This document shows positions 50,102 to 60,343 of a stretch of 64,000 nucleotides of DNA, in pieces; the stretch's first letter is position 1; every line of letters starts with the position of its first letter. Position numbers and translations under genes: made by a program. The notes beneath the pieces were generated by a model. It was not told where the DNA came from. It saw nothing but the letters and a program-made list of their open reading frames with translations, and did not search any database. Origin of the DNA: an uncultured Chloroflexia bacterium (lineage in GTDB: Bacteria > Chloroflexota > Chloroflexia > QHBQ01 > JADMIH01); assembly GCA_963797095.1 (NCBI GenBank), contig CAWCNY010000004.1, positions 1 through 64,000 of the forward strand, written 5' to 3'.

Positions 50102-50899
50102 ATGACTTATCAATATCTACTTGTATCGACTGCTGACAGCGTTTGCCGCGTGGTCCTGAACCGCCCTGACGTGCATAACGCATTCAACCGCGAACTTATC
50201 AAGGAACTGACCGTTGCTTTTGCGGAGATCGCGGGGTTGCCAGTGGGCGAGGTGCGAGCGGTTGTACTTTCAGGTGCAGGGAAGTCGTTTTGCGCGGGCG
50301 CTGACGTGAATTGGATGCGTGCGTGCCTCGATTACACTCGTGAGGAGAATGTCGCAGATGCACTGGCGATGGCCCGGATGTTCGATGTAATCGATAGATG
50401 TCCGGTGCCGGTGATCGGGCGGATTCATGGTGCGGCACTTGGGGGAGGCGCGGGCCTGGCAGCAGTGTGCGATATTGTGGTGGCTTCTGAGGAGACGCGA
50501 TTTGCTTTTTCGGAGGCGAAACTGGGGATCGCGCCGTCGGTGATATCGCCTTATGTGCTGGCAAAGATCGGGCGCGGTCATGCGCGTGCGCTCTTCGTGA
50601 CCGCCGAGCGATTTGGTATAGAAAGGGCGTTGCGTATCGGGTTGGTGCATGTGCAAGCTGAAACGGGCGCATTGGATATTGAGGTGGATAGGGTGGCCAA
50701 GGAGATTCGGTCGAGCGCGCCGGGTGCCATATCGACTATAAAGTCGCTCATTTCCTCTGTGCCTGGACTTGGTCCCGACGAGGCAATGCAATTCACCGCC
50801 GAGACAATCGCCGCGCTCAGGGTAGGGGAGGAAGGACAGGCGGGTTTGCGGGCCTTCCTGGATAAGAGGGCCGCGCCCTGGATCGAAGATCAGGCTTAA
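50102..50899 (+). CDS. liuC: Methylglutaconyl-CoA hydratase (crotonase family)
   Basis: LNRPDVHNAF, FCAGAD, GGGAGL, FSEAKLGIAP; operon context. Confidence 0.85.
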   Translation: MTYQYLLVSTADSVCRVVLNRPDVHNAFNRELIKELTVAFAEIAGLPVGEVRAVVLSGAGKSFCAGADVNWMRACLDYTREENVADALAMARMFDVIDRCPVPVIGRIHGAALGGGAGLAAVCDIVVASEETRFAFSEAKLGIAPSVISPYVLAKIGRGHARALFVTAERFGIERALRIGLVHVQAETGALDIEVDRVAKEIRSSAPGAISTIKSLISSVPGLGPDEAMQFTAETIAALRVGEEGQAGLRAFLDKRAAPWIEDQA

Positions 50900-52953
50900 T
50901 GACGATGCCGTTTCACAAGCTACTGATAGCCAATCGCGGAGAGATCGCCGTCAGGATCGCGCGTGCTTGCCGCGAGCTTGGTATCACTTCAGTGGCCGTG
51001 TATTCAGAGGCAGATCGTGATGCACTCCATGTGCGGGCATGCGACGAAGCACATTATGTTGGCCCGGCGCAGGCAAATGAAAGCTATCTGCGCGGGGATG
51101 TGATTATCGAGGTGGCCCGCAAGGCTGCCTGCGACGCCCTTCACCCCGGCTTTGGATTTTTGTCAGAGAACGCGGATTTCGCGCGACGAGTGATCGAGGC
51201 GGGCATCACATGGGTTGGACCTTCGCCGGAAGCTATTCGGTTGATGGGTTCAAAGATCGAGGCGAAGAAGATCGCCGTGCGGGCGGGCGTGCCTGTGGTG
51301 CCCGGATATTTCGGAGACGAGCAATCGAGCGCGGGTTTGGAGGCAGAAGCGAAAACGATAGGGTTTCCGGTGCTTATCAAGGCATCGGCGGGTGGGGGCG
51401 GCAAAGGGATGCGGGTGGTCGAGCGACCCGAAGAGTTCGTGGAAGGATTGGAGGGGGCTCAACGGGAGGCGAAGGCGGCCTTTGGCGATGCGACTGTGAT
51501 GTTGGAGAAATATCTCACCGAGCCACGACACATAGAGGTGCAAGTGTTGGGGGATAACTTGGGGCATATGATTCATCTTGGGGAGAGGGAATGTTCGATC
51601 CAGCGTCGCCACCAGAAGGTTATGGAAGAGTCACCATCGCCGGTGGTCACGCCGGAACTTCGTGAGAAAATAACGCGAGCAGCGGTGTCGCTGGCAAAGG
51701 CAGCGGGGTATTCCAATGCTGGCACGGTGGAATTTATTTACCAGGACGGTGAGTTCTACTTTCTGGAGATGAATACGCGGTTGCAGGTGGAGCATACGGT
51801 TACTGAAGAAGCGCTTGATATAGACCTGGTGGAAGCGCAATTGAGAATAGCGGCAGGCGAGCAGCTTTGGATCGCTCAGGATGAGGTTGAGTTTGTCGGC
51901 GCGGCTATTGAGGTGCGACTTTACGCAGAAGACCCTGAGCGCGGTTTCTTGCCGTCGACGGGGAGGATCACGCAGCTTGAAATGCCGTTCGCTGAGCGAG
52001 ACGTGAGGATCGATGCGGGAGTGACGCTTGGCGATAGTATCACTCCATATTATGACCCGATGATCGCCAAGATCATCACTTCGGGCGACACGCGGGCGGC
52101 AGCTTTGCTGCGGATGCAGGAAGTTCTGGGTGGCTTGAGCGTTGGGGGAGTGAGGACAAACCTCGACTTTCTGCGATGGCTGGTAAGCCACCCGCAGGTG
52201 GAGATGGGCAACCTCTCTACCAGGTTCATCGAGCGGTATTACAGGCCGGGAGCGTTCGTCCTAGCACCTGTCCAGGTTATACTGGCGGGTGGATCGGTGC
52301 TTTTGCTTTCGGAGGATTACGGCGAGCCGGGAGTACCACCAATAGGAGTTTGGCAGGCCAACGCCTGGCGCATGGCCGGGCAGCGGCTCGATGCCACATT
52401 GATGATCGAGGGGCACCCATATGGTGTGTCTTTGTCTCGTTCAGGGTTCGACAATGCGGAATGGCGCTCGGAAATCAGGCAGGGGGACACGATCCTCTTG
52501 GAGCAAGAGGTGCGGTTGATTTTGAGACCGCAGCCTGATGTCTCCACGCATTTCGATAAGGTGGCGCCGGTTGTGCAGGTTGCGCTGCCGGGAGAACCGC
52601 TCCATTCGATTGAGTATGGCTGGGGACCGGATGATGTTGTGTCGATAATCTGGGAAGGGCGCGAGTACCTGGTGAGGTCGGCACCGCCCCTGTCTACCGA
52701 ACGGCTCGAAAGGTCGGTACATTTGCAGGACGAGGATACGCTTGAGAGTCCCATGCCTGGGAAGGTGTTGCGTGTGCTGGTTTCGCCGGGAGAGCAGGTC
52801 AGCGAGGAGCAGGCGCTTGTCATCATTGAAGCTATGAAAATGGAGTTTACCGTACGAGCGCCGCATGATGGACGGGTGGTTGTTGTAAAATATGGGGAAG
52901 GTGATCAGGTGGCGGCGGGTGATGTACTGGTGGAGTTGGACAAACACGAATGA
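50899..52953 (+). CDS. liuD: 3-methylcrotonyl-CoA carboxylase alpha subunit (biotin carboxylase + biotinyl domain)
   Basis: IANRGEIA, GGGGKGMR, RECSIQRRHQK, EMNTRLQVEH, C-terminal EAMKME. Confidence 0.88.
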   Translation: MTMPFHKLLIANRGEIAVRIARACRELGITSVAVYSEADRDALHVRACDEAHYVGPAQANESYLRGDVIIEVARKAACDALHPGFGFLSENADFARRVIEAGITWVGPSPEAIRLMGSKIEAKKIAVRAGVPVVPGYFGDEQSSAGLEAEAKTIGFPVLIKASAGGGGKGMRVVERPEEFVEGLEGAQREAKAAFGDATVMLEKYLTEPRHIEVQVLGDNLGHMIHLGERECSIQRRHQKVMEESPSPVVTPELREKITRAAVSLAKAAGYSNAGTVEFIYQDGEFYFLEMNTRLQVEHTVTEEALDIDLVEAQLRIAAGEQLWIAQDEVEFVGAAIEVRLYAEDPERGFLPSTGRITQLEMPFAERDVRIDAGVTLGDSITPYYDPMIAKIITSGDTRAAALLRMQEVLGGLSVGGVRTNLDFLRWLVSHPQVEMGNLSTRFIERYYRPGAFVLAPVQVILAGGSVLLLSEDYGEPGVPPIGVWQANAWRMAGQRLDATLMIEGHPYGVSLSRSGFDNAEWRSEIRQGDTILLEQEVRLILRPQPDVSTHFDKVAPVVQVALPGEPLHSIEYGWGPDDVVSIIWEGREYLVRSAPPLSTERLERSVHLQDEDTLESPMPGKVLRVLVSPGEQVSEEQALVIIEAMKMEFTVRAPHDGRVVVVKYGEGDQVAAGDVLVELDKHE

Positions 52954-52975
52954 GTAGCTACCTGTGGCTTAAATA

Positions 52976-53890
52976 ATGATCAATGTACCTGAGAAAATAA
53001 GGATCTATGAGGTTGGCCCGCGGGACGGCCTTCAGAACGAGCAGACGCCGGTGCCAACAGAGGTGAAGATAAGGTACGTCGACATGCTGACTGATGCGGG
53101 GTTGAAGGTCATCGAAGCAACTTCGTTTGTAAGCCCTAAGGCGATTCCGCAACTGGCAGACGCGAGTGAAGTTATAGCCGGAATAACGCGCAGGGAAGGA
53201 GTCCGATATCCGGTGCTTGTGCCGAACGAACGGGGGATGATGAGGGCGATTGAGGCCGGGGTACAAGAGGTGGCAGTATTCACAGCGGCGTCTGAGAGCT
53301 TTACGCTGGCGAACATAAAAAGCAGCATTGCTCAGTCACTTGAGAACTTCCGACCTGTAATGGCGCTGGCACGTGAAAGGTCAATTCGCGTGCGCGGGTA
53401 TGTCAGTACGGCGCTTGGGTGCCCCTACGAAGGTGCAGTACCGGCGGGGAAGGTGGCGGAGGTGGCTCACTCGCTAATCGATTTGGGCGTGGAAGAAGTG
53501 TCGATAGGAGACACAATTGGCGTGGGGACGCCCGGCGATGTTGAAAGAGTGTTTGGAGTGCTATTGGAGACGATTCCGGCAGAGCGGATTGCCGCGCATT
53601 TTCACGACACGCGGGGGACGGCGCTTGCAAATGTACTCACAGCCATGCAAATGGGGATAACTATTTACGATTCGTCATCAGGGGGGCTTGGGGGTTGCCC
53701 TTATGCACCGGGCGCTTCGGGAAACCTGGCAACCGAGGACCTGGTTTACATGCTGGATGGAATGGGGGTCGAGAGCGGGGTTGACCTTGCAAAAGTGGCG
53801 GAAGCATCGCTGTTTGTGTTGCTGGCGCTGGGGAAGGCACCCGCCAGCAGGTATCTGCAATCGTATGTAGCGAACCGGAGAGCGGCGTGA
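52976..53890 (+). CDS. liuE: Hydroxymethylglutaryl-CoA lyase
   Basis: EVGPRDGLQNE, HFHDTRG, GLGGCPYAPGASGN. Confidence 0.93.
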   Translation: MINVPEKIRIYEVGPRDGLQNEQTPVPTEVKIRYVDMLTDAGLKVIEATSFVSPKAIPQLADASEVIAGITRREGVRYPVLVPNERGMMRAIEAGVQEVAVFTAASESFTLANIKSSIAQSLENFRPVMALARERSIRVRGYVSTALGCPYEGAVPAGKVAEVAHSLIDLGVEEVSIGDTIGVGTPGDVERVFGVLLETIPAERIAAHFHDTRGTALANVLTAMQMGITIYDSSSGGLGGCPYAPGASGNLATEDLVYMLDGMGVESGVDLAKVAEASLFVLLALGKAPASRYLQSYVANRRAA

Positions 53891-53929
53891 CTATGTGTTG
53901 TGGTGGGATGACCAGAAGGGGAGTGGCTT

Positions 53930-55477
53930 GTGCCTAAAGTAAGCAAGATTCTGATAGCGAACCGGGGTGAAATTGCCTTGAGATTGGTGCGCGCGTGCGC
54001 CGAAGTGGGGATACAGTCGGTGGCAGTCTATTCCGAAGCGGATCGGACCTCGTTGCACGTGAGGGAAGCGGACGAAGCGTACTCCATAGGGCCAGCGCCG
54101 TCACGAGATTCCTACTTGCGGAGTGACAAACTGCTGGAAGTGGCCCGGAGGTCGAGGGCGGACGCTGTGCACCCGGGATTCGGATTCCTGGCAGAAAACG
54201 CAGATTTCGCACAGGCGGTGATTGATGCGGGGCTGGTGTGGGTCGGACCGCCTCCAAGCGCGATGCGGCTGCTTGGGGATAAGCTTACGGCGCGCCAGAC
54301 GGCGCAGGCGGCAGGGGTGCCGATCGTGCCCGGAAGCGACGTAGCGGTCGACAATGTTGAGCAGGCGTTGACTGTGGCGGAGAGGATCGGCTTTCCGGTG
54401 CTGATTAAGGCATCGGCGGGTGGTGGTGGCAAGGGGATGCGGGTGGTGCGGAACGCAGCGGAACTGGAGGGAGCTTTGCGCAACGCGCAGAGCGAAGCGC
54501 AATCATCGTTCGGCTCGGGGGTGGTCTATTTTGAGAAGTACCTTGAACATGTGCGGCACGTGGAGATTCAGATACTTGGCGATCGTCACGGCAACGTAAT
54601 ACACCTGGGGGAGCGCGAGTGCTCGATCCAGCGCCGCCACCAGAAGTTGATCGAGGAATCGCCATCGCCTGTTGTGAGCGCTGAGTTACGAGAGCGCATG
54701 GGGGCGGTGGCCGTGGCGGCGGCCAAAGCAGCCGGATATACGTCGGCAGGTACGGTGGAATTCTTGCTGGATAGGGAGGGCAACTTCTATTTTCTTGAGG
54801 TCAATACACGGTTGCAGGTGGAACATCCGGTTACAGAGTTGGTGACCGGGATCGACATCGTGCTTGAGCAGTTTCGCGTTGCGTCGGGCCGCCCGCTCAG
54901 GATCAAGCAAAGTGATGTTCAACTGAGAGGGCACGCGATCGAGTGCCGGGTGGCTGCCGAAGACCCGTTCAACAACTTCGCGCCGTCTCTTGGAACGATA
55001 ACGGCAGCCGACGAGCCGGGCGGACCAGGCGTGCGCGTGGATAGCAGCATATACAGGGGCGGAAAGGTATCGATCTACTATGATCCGATGATCGCGAAGG
55101 TGATCGTGTGGGCACCAACTCGCGCGCATGCGATATTGCGCATGCGACGGGCACTTGAAGAATATCGCATTGTGGGCGTGCACACCAACATACCTTTCCA
55201 CCTGGCGGTGCTCAATTCGATCGATTTCCAACGCGGTCGAGTAGACACCCGTTTTGTAGAGCGATTCATGGAACACGGTTGGCGCGCACAGCGCGGAGGG
55301 AACGGGACCGCGCGGGAGTACGAGGAAGTGGCCGCGATTGTGGGGGCGCTCGTGGTCGATCAGAAGAAGCTGGCCGGCGGGGCAGTTTCGACGCAGGCCG
55401 ATTCGCCTAATGGAGCAGAACGTAATGGCGATGGAGGTAATTGGCGGAACGCAGGGCGACGGCAGGCGCTGCGCTAA
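53930..55477 (+). CDS. accC: Biotin carboxylase subunit of a second acyl-CoA carboxylase (propionyl/acetyl-CoA)
   Basis: IANRGEIA, GGGGKGMR, RECSIQRRHQK, YYDPMIAK; no biotinyl domain. Confidence 0.88.
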   Translation: MPKVSKILIANRGEIALRLVRACAEVGIQSVAVYSEADRTSLHVREADEAYSIGPAPSRDSYLRSDKLLEVARRSRADAVHPGFGFLAENADFAQAVIDAGLVWVGPPPSAMRLLGDKLTARQTAQAAGVPIVPGSDVAVDNVEQALTVAERIGFPVLIKASAGGGGKGMRVVRNAAELEGALRNAQSEAQSSFGSGVVYFEKYLEHVRHVEIQILGDRHGNVIHLGERECSIQRRHQKLIEESPSPVVSAELRERMGAVAVAAAKAAGYTSAGTVEFLLDREGNFYFLEVNTRLQVEHPVTELVTGIDIVLEQFRVASGRPLRIKQSDVQLRGHAIECRVAAEDPFNNFAPSLGTITAADEPGGPGVRVDSSIYRGGKVSIYYDPMIAKVIVWAPTRAHAILRMRRALEEYRIVGVHTNIPFHLAVLNSIDFQRGRVDTRFVERFMEHGWRAQRGGNGTAREYEEVAAIVGALVVDQKKLAGGAVSTQADSPNGAERNGDGGNWRNAGRRQALR

Positions 55478-55488
55478 GGCAATAATCA

Positions 55489-56034
55489 GTGAAGTATTAC
55501 GTACAGCATGAGCAAAGAGAATTCGGGATTGAGGTCCTGCATAGCGAAGCGGGAACTGTGGTGCGGCTGCTCGGCAGCGATCACGACGGTGCGGGGCACG
55601 ATGCGCTGGTCGATTTCGCACCCGTGCAGTGCAATGTTGACACAGGTGAGGGGCTTTACTCGATTATTGCTGACGGTAAGAGCTACCAGCTATTTGTTGA
55701 GCCTGTTGAAGGGGGCTTCCGAATGATGTTGGCACGACATCGCTTCGACATGCACGTGATGACCGAGCGTGAATGGCGACTGAACAAGGTCGCACCGAGG
55801 CAGGGGCTCCAAACCGGTGCAGTGACGGTCAATTCGCCTATGCCTGGGCTGGTAAAGGGCGTAATGGTGGGGGTAGGGGATGTGGTTGCAGCCGGGCAGA
55901 GTCTGATCGTGCTGGAAGCTATGAAAATGGAGAATGATATAGCTTCGCCGCGCGCCGGACAGATTACCGCCGTGCATGTACAACCCGGAACAGTGGTTGA
56001 AGGCGGCAAGCCTCTGATTTCGATCGAGTCTTAG
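55489..56034 (+). CDS. Biotin carboxyl carrier protein
   Basis: SPMPG...LEAMKMEN biotinylation motif. Confidence 0.92.
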   Translation: MKYYVQHEQREFGIEVLHSEAGTVVRLLGSDHDGAGHDALVDFAPVQCNVDTGEGLYSIIADGKSYQLFVEPVEGGFRMMLARHRFDMHVMTEREWRLNKVAPRQGLQTGAVTVNSPMPGLVKGVMVGVGDVVAAGQSLIVLEAMKMENDIASPRAGQITAVHVQPGTVVEGGKPLISIES

Positions 56035-56124
56035 GGTACAGCCGCCCGGTGTGGTCGGATACAGGGCCTGGGCCGCAGCTCCGCCGATTGCTGCGCGCGT
56101 GGCCGGATCGAGTGAGGAGACCCG

Positions 56125-57765
56125 ATGACAGAGGGAAAGGAACAATGGGAGGAGAAAGTGCTCAAGCCAGCGATAAACAGGTGGCCTGAGCGCTCTGAGG
56201 GCTTTGCCTCTGCCTCCGGTATCGAGGTGGAGAGGCTATACACGACGCAGGACATTGCCGAACTGGACTATGAGCAAGACCTGGGCTATCCGGGGCAGTT
56301 TCCGTTCACGAGGGGCGTGCAGCCTACAATGTATCGCGGCAGGCTGTGGACGATGAGACAGTACGCGGGATATGGCACTGCCGAGGAGTCAAATGGCAGG
56401 TACAGATATTTGCTGGCACAGGGACAGACCGGATTGTCAGTGGCGTTTGACCTGCCTACGCAGATGGGATACGACAGCGACCATCCTCTTGCGGAAGGAG
56501 AAGTCGGCAAGGTGGGTGTGGCAATTTGCTCGCGGTATGATATGGAAACGCTGCTGGCGGGGCTGCCGTTGGACAAGGTCAGCACTTCCATGACCATCAA
56601 CGCGACCGCGCCGATTCTGCTTGCGCTCTACATTGCCGTGGCTCGGAAGCGTGGCATCGCTGAAGGCGATCTGAGCGGGACGGTTCAGAACGATATTCTC
56701 AAGGAGTATATAGCACGGGGCACTTATATTTACCCGGTCGGGCCATCAATGCGGCTGGTGGGCGACGTAATCGACTATTGCGCAAGGAACTTGCCCCGAT
56801 GGAATCCGATTTCGATCAGTGGCTACCATATCAGGGAGGCGGGGTCGACTGCCCCACAGGAAGTGGCCTTTACCCTGGCAAATGCAATCGCTTATGTTGA
56901 AGAGGTGAGCCGCCGGGGAATAGCTGTTGATAGCTTCGCTCGGCAACTGGCGTTCTTTTTCAATGCTCACAGCGATTTTTTCGAGGAGATCGCTAAGTAC
57001 CGAGCAGCGCGGCGCCTGTGGGCGCGCCTTATGCGTGAGAGGTTTCACGCTAAGAACCCGCAGTCTATGATGCTGCGCTTTCACACACAGACAGCGGGGT
57101 CATCACTTACCGCCCAGCAGCCCCAGAACAACGTGATACGGGTGGCACTTCAGGCTTTGTCGGCGGTGCTGGGGGGCACACAATCGCTGCATACGAACTC
57201 GCTCGATGAAGCATTGGCGCTGCCGACCGAGGAGGCTGCGCGCACGGCGCTACGGACGCAGCAGATAATTGCATACGAAACTGGGGTGGCCTCGACCATC
57301 GATCCACTTGCTGGGTCGTACTATCTGGAGACGCTTACGACCTCGATCGAGCAGGCAGCGGAGAACTATATCGAGCGGATCGATGCGCTGGGCGGCACCA
57401 TCACCGCGATTGAGGCCGGGTACCAACAAACCGAGATACAGGAAGCCGCGTACACATGGCAAAGGCAGGTGGACGCCGGGGAGCGCACGATCGTGGGTGT
57501 AAACAGGTTCACGATGGCTGAAGAGACCCAACTTGAGCTATTACGTGTGGACCCGGCTCTCCAGCCAAGGCAGATAGAGCGATTGCGGGCCCTACGCGAA
57601 GAACGGGATGACGAGGCGGTGCGCGGAGCACTAGTGCGGCTTACGAACGCAGCGGGTACAGATGGTAACGTCATGCCTTTGATCGTCGATTGCGTGGAGC
57701 AACTTTGCACGCTCGGCGAAATAAGCGATGCAATGCGGAAGGTTTTCGGCACTTATGATGGCTGA
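56125..57765 (+). CDS. Methylmalonyl-CoA mutase, substrate-binding (large) subunit
   Basis: PFTRG...[39 protein letters not shown]; no DxHxxG B12 domain. Confidence 0.93.
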   Translation: MTEGKEQWEEKVLKPAINRWPERSEGFASASGIEVERLYTTQDIAELDYEQDLGYPGQFPFTRGVQPTMYRGRLWTMRQYAGYGTAEESNGRYRYLLAQGQTGLSVAFDLPTQMGYDSDHPLAEGEVGKVGVAICSRYDMETLLAGLPLDKVSTSMTINATAPILLALYIAVARKRGIAEGDLSGTVQNDILKEYIARGTYIYPVGPSMRLVGDVIDYCARNLPRWNPISISGYHIREAGSTAPQEVAFTLANAIAYVEEVSRRGIAVDSFARQLAFFFNAHSDFFEEIAKYRAARRLWARLMRERFHAKNPQSMMLRFHTQTAGSSLTAQQPQNNVIRVALQALSAVLGGTQSLHTNSLDEALALPTEEAARTALRTQQIIAYETGVASTIDPLAGSYYLETLTTSIEQAAENYIERIDALGGTITAIEAGYQQTEIQEAAYTWQRQVDAGERTIVGVNRFTMAEETQLELLRVDPALQPRQIERLRALREERDDEAVRGALVRLTNAAGTDGNVMPLIVDCVEQLCTLGEISDAMRKVFGTYDG

Positions 57766-57774
57766 GGACGTGGC

Positions 57775-59478
57775 CTAACCTGAGAGGGTTTGGGCACCGC
57801 GCCCTATTTCGGCGTAGTAGCTTTCGGTCGCGGCTCGGGCATCGTCAAGGGTAACGGGAACGAATTCGAGAGACACGCCGGGTGATGCCTGTGCGATCAA
57901 GGGCATGTCGGCCCGGACGACCACGCCCAGTATTGGATAGCCACCGGTGGTCTGGCAATCGGGGCCAAGTATCAGCGGCTCACCAGCGTGGGGAAGCTGA
58001 ATCGTGCCCGGCACTACTCCGAAAGACGCAAGCTCCCTTGTGGTTGTTGCCAGACGAATTCCTTGTGAGGATTTGAGGCGCAGACCCATTCTGTCTGATT
58101 GTGGTGCTACCTCCCATGCGTGCTCGATGAAAGTATGCTGCGCAGTTGGTTGCGCAGCCTGCGGTCCAGTGTATGTGGTGAAGCGTATCTGGTTTGGCTT
58201 ATGGGATATGTCGCTAGTGTGGCCCAACCAGTAGTGGCCCGCCATCGAACCTGAATTGCCCCTTGGATCGATAATGCCGAGCACATCACGCGACTGAACC
58301 GGACGCCCTGCCTGACCGCCAAAGCGTGCAAGTAAGGATGTTGAGCGCGAACCGAGGACCAGCGGCACATCGAAGCCACCGCTTACGGCCAGGTACGAGC
58401 GATAGCCGTGATTGGCCGTAAGCGGTGGCTTCGATGTGCCGGAGTTGAAACGAAGGATCGTGCCTGCGCGGACGAACCAGGACAACCGAGGTGGAATGAG
58501 TACCGTGTCGGCACGACACTGGAAGTCCGCGCCGTCAATCGCGATAGTCAGGTTGCGCAGTACGCGAAGGGTTGGTCCGCCGAGGGCCAATTCCAGGACA
58601 GCAGAAGATGGCTCGTTGCCAACCAGTAGATTAGCTCTTTGCGCCGCGCCGAGGTCGAAGGCACCGTTTTGACCGACGCCCAGGTGCATGAAGCCAGACC
58701 TTCCGAGGTCCTGAATCAGGCCCATGCCGCCAGTTTGAACAACCTCCAGTGCAGGGAGCGTAGGAGTGGGAATGATGGACGGTGGCTCCTGCGGTGGCGG
58801 CTCATACCGACTCTCGACGAATTGGACGGTATCGCCGGGGGCTAAGCGGGCGGGGTTGGGAGAGCCGTGATCCCACACCTTGAGGCCAGTGCGCCCTATG
58901 ATGCGCCAGCCACCGGGGCTGCTGAACGGATAGATGCCCGTTTGGAAGCCCGCAATGCCGACCGACCCGGCGGGCACCCGCGTTCGTGGAGTTTGCAGCC
59001 TGGGTATGGGACGACGACGAGGAAAGCGCGCCATGTAGGCGAAGCCGGGCAGAAAGCCGATAAATGCGATTTGAAACGGTCGCCTCGTGTGTGCCCGAAC
59101 TATGTCATGTGGCTCGACCCCCAGTTGGACCGCGAGATCGTCAAGGTCCATACCCGAGTCGCCGCCATATTGTACGGGGACGACATGGTGCTTGCTTTGA
59201 TTGAGGCCAGGGCTATCGGCAAGTAAGTCGGCTTCAATCGCAGAGTTGAGCCAGTTGAGCAAGACCGGCTCTTGCAACCGGCGGTTGTCGAAGAGTACAA
59301 GGAGGCTTGAGTAGCCTGGGACAAGATCGCCCACACCTTCAAGCAGGTCTTCGCGCAAAGATCGAGTTACCCTATGAATGTGGCTGTTGGTGCGCAGGCT
59401 GAAGCGGTTGCCCCATGTCAGCAATAGGGCCGCTTCGCCTAGATAGGAAATGGAAGGAGCCGGAGTGCTAGCGACCAT
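57775..59478 (-). CDS. pxpBC: 5-oxoprolinase subunits B+C fusion
   Basis: N-half GFLPGFAY...R..PR..VPAGSVGIAG.QTGIYP..SPGGW; C-half QDLGR.G, GSRST, SDRMG, QTTGGYP. Confidence 0.88.
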   Translation of the reverse strand: MVASTPAPSISYLGEAALLLTWGNRFSLRTNSHIHRVTRSLREDLLEGVGDLVPGYSSLLVLFDNRRLQEPVLLNWLNSAIEADLLADSPGLNQSKHHVVPVQYGGDSGMDLDDLAVQLGVEPHDIVRAHTRRPFQIAFIGFLPGFAYMARFPRRRPIPRLQTPRTRVPAGSVGIAGFQTGIYPFSSPGGWRIIGRTGLKVWDHGSPNPARLAPGDTVQFVESRYEPPPQEPPSIIPTPTLPALEVVQTGGMGLIQDLGRSGFMHLGVGQNGAFDLGAAQRANLLVGNEPSSAVLELALGGPTLRVLRNLTIAIDGADFQCRADTVLIPPRLSWFVRAGTILRFNSGTSKPPLTANHGYRSYLAVSGGFDVPLVLGSRSTSLLARFGGQAGRPVQSRDVLGIIDPRGNSGSMAGHYWLGHTSDISHKPNQIRFTTYTGPQAAQPTAQHTFIEHAWEVAPQSDRMGLRLKSSQGIRLATTTRELASFGVVPGTIQLPHAGEPLILGPDCQTTGGYPILGVVVRADMPLIAQASPGVSLEFVPVTLDDARAATESYYAEIGRGAQTLSG

Positions 59479-60244
59479 GCGAAGAGTTGGCGGGCGCCGC
59501 CAGGATATAGCCTTCGGAAGTCAAGGCGGCCCGAACCTCACGGGCGAAATCGGGGGCACCGGGAGTATCTCCGTGAACGCAAAGGGTTCCAACAGAAAGC
59601 TTGAGGAGCGATCCATCGCGACAGACGACTTCTCCACGCGCCAGCATCAGAGCCTGCCGCACGGCAGAGGCAGGATCAGAGGCCACAGCGCCCTGTTGCC
59701 GCCTATCAACAAGTGAGCCATTTGGCTCATATGCTCTATCGACAAAGCCTTCAGCGATAGTTTTCAAGCCACGTTCATGGCCCGCAGCCTCCAGATCAGA
59801 GGATGGTAGGCAATATAGGTACAAGTCTTTGGAGAAGGATGCTACCGCATCGGCGATGGGCTGTGCGACAGAAATGTCACGGCAGGCCACGTTGTATAGA
59901 GCGCCGTGCGGCTTGATGTGTGCCAACTCAAGGCCCACTGACCGCGCCACTCCCCAAAGCGCGCCGATTTGGTAAAGAACAAAGCCTCTTATCTCGTCTC
60001 CAGAGAGATTCATGGCGCGTCGTCCGAACCCCTGCAAGTCGGGGTAAGCCGGGTGCGCTCCTACTGAAACACCCCACTGCTTTGCAAGGTTAAGAGTTCG
60101 CAGCATGACAACGGGATCGCCAGCGTGGAGGCCACATGCCACATTGGCAGAGGTAATGTGCGGCATGATCTGGTCGTCGTTGCCCAGGCGCCAGGCACCG
60201 AAGCTTTCGCCCATATCACAATTGAAGTCGATTTGCCGCACCAA
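59468..60244 (-). CDS. pxpA: 5-oxoprolinase subunit A (LamB/YcsF)
   Basis: D.NCDMGESFG, SANVACG.HAGDP, GAHP.YPD..GFGRR, KPHGALYN, C.HGD. Confidence 0.93.
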   Translation of the reverse strand: MVRQIDFNCDMGESFGAWRLGNDDQIMPHITSANVACGLHAGDPVVMLRTLNLAKQWGVSVGAHPAYPDLQGFGRRAMNLSGDEIRGFVLYQIGALWGVARSVGLELAHIKPHGALYNVACRDISVAQPIADAVASFSKDLYLYCLPSSDLEAAGHERGLKTIAEGFVDRAYEPNGSLVDRRQQGAVASDPASAVRQALMLARGEVVCRDGSLLKLSVGTLCVHGDTPGAPDFAREVRAALTSEGYILAAPANSSHGR

Positions 60245-60343
60245 AGATGATCCTTTTGGAAAGTTTCGCCCGCGCGAGCGGGAAAGGCACTAGCGAAGCA
60301 TTGATGGTGCTATTGTACTCGATTGCGAAGGTAGAGCAAGTGG

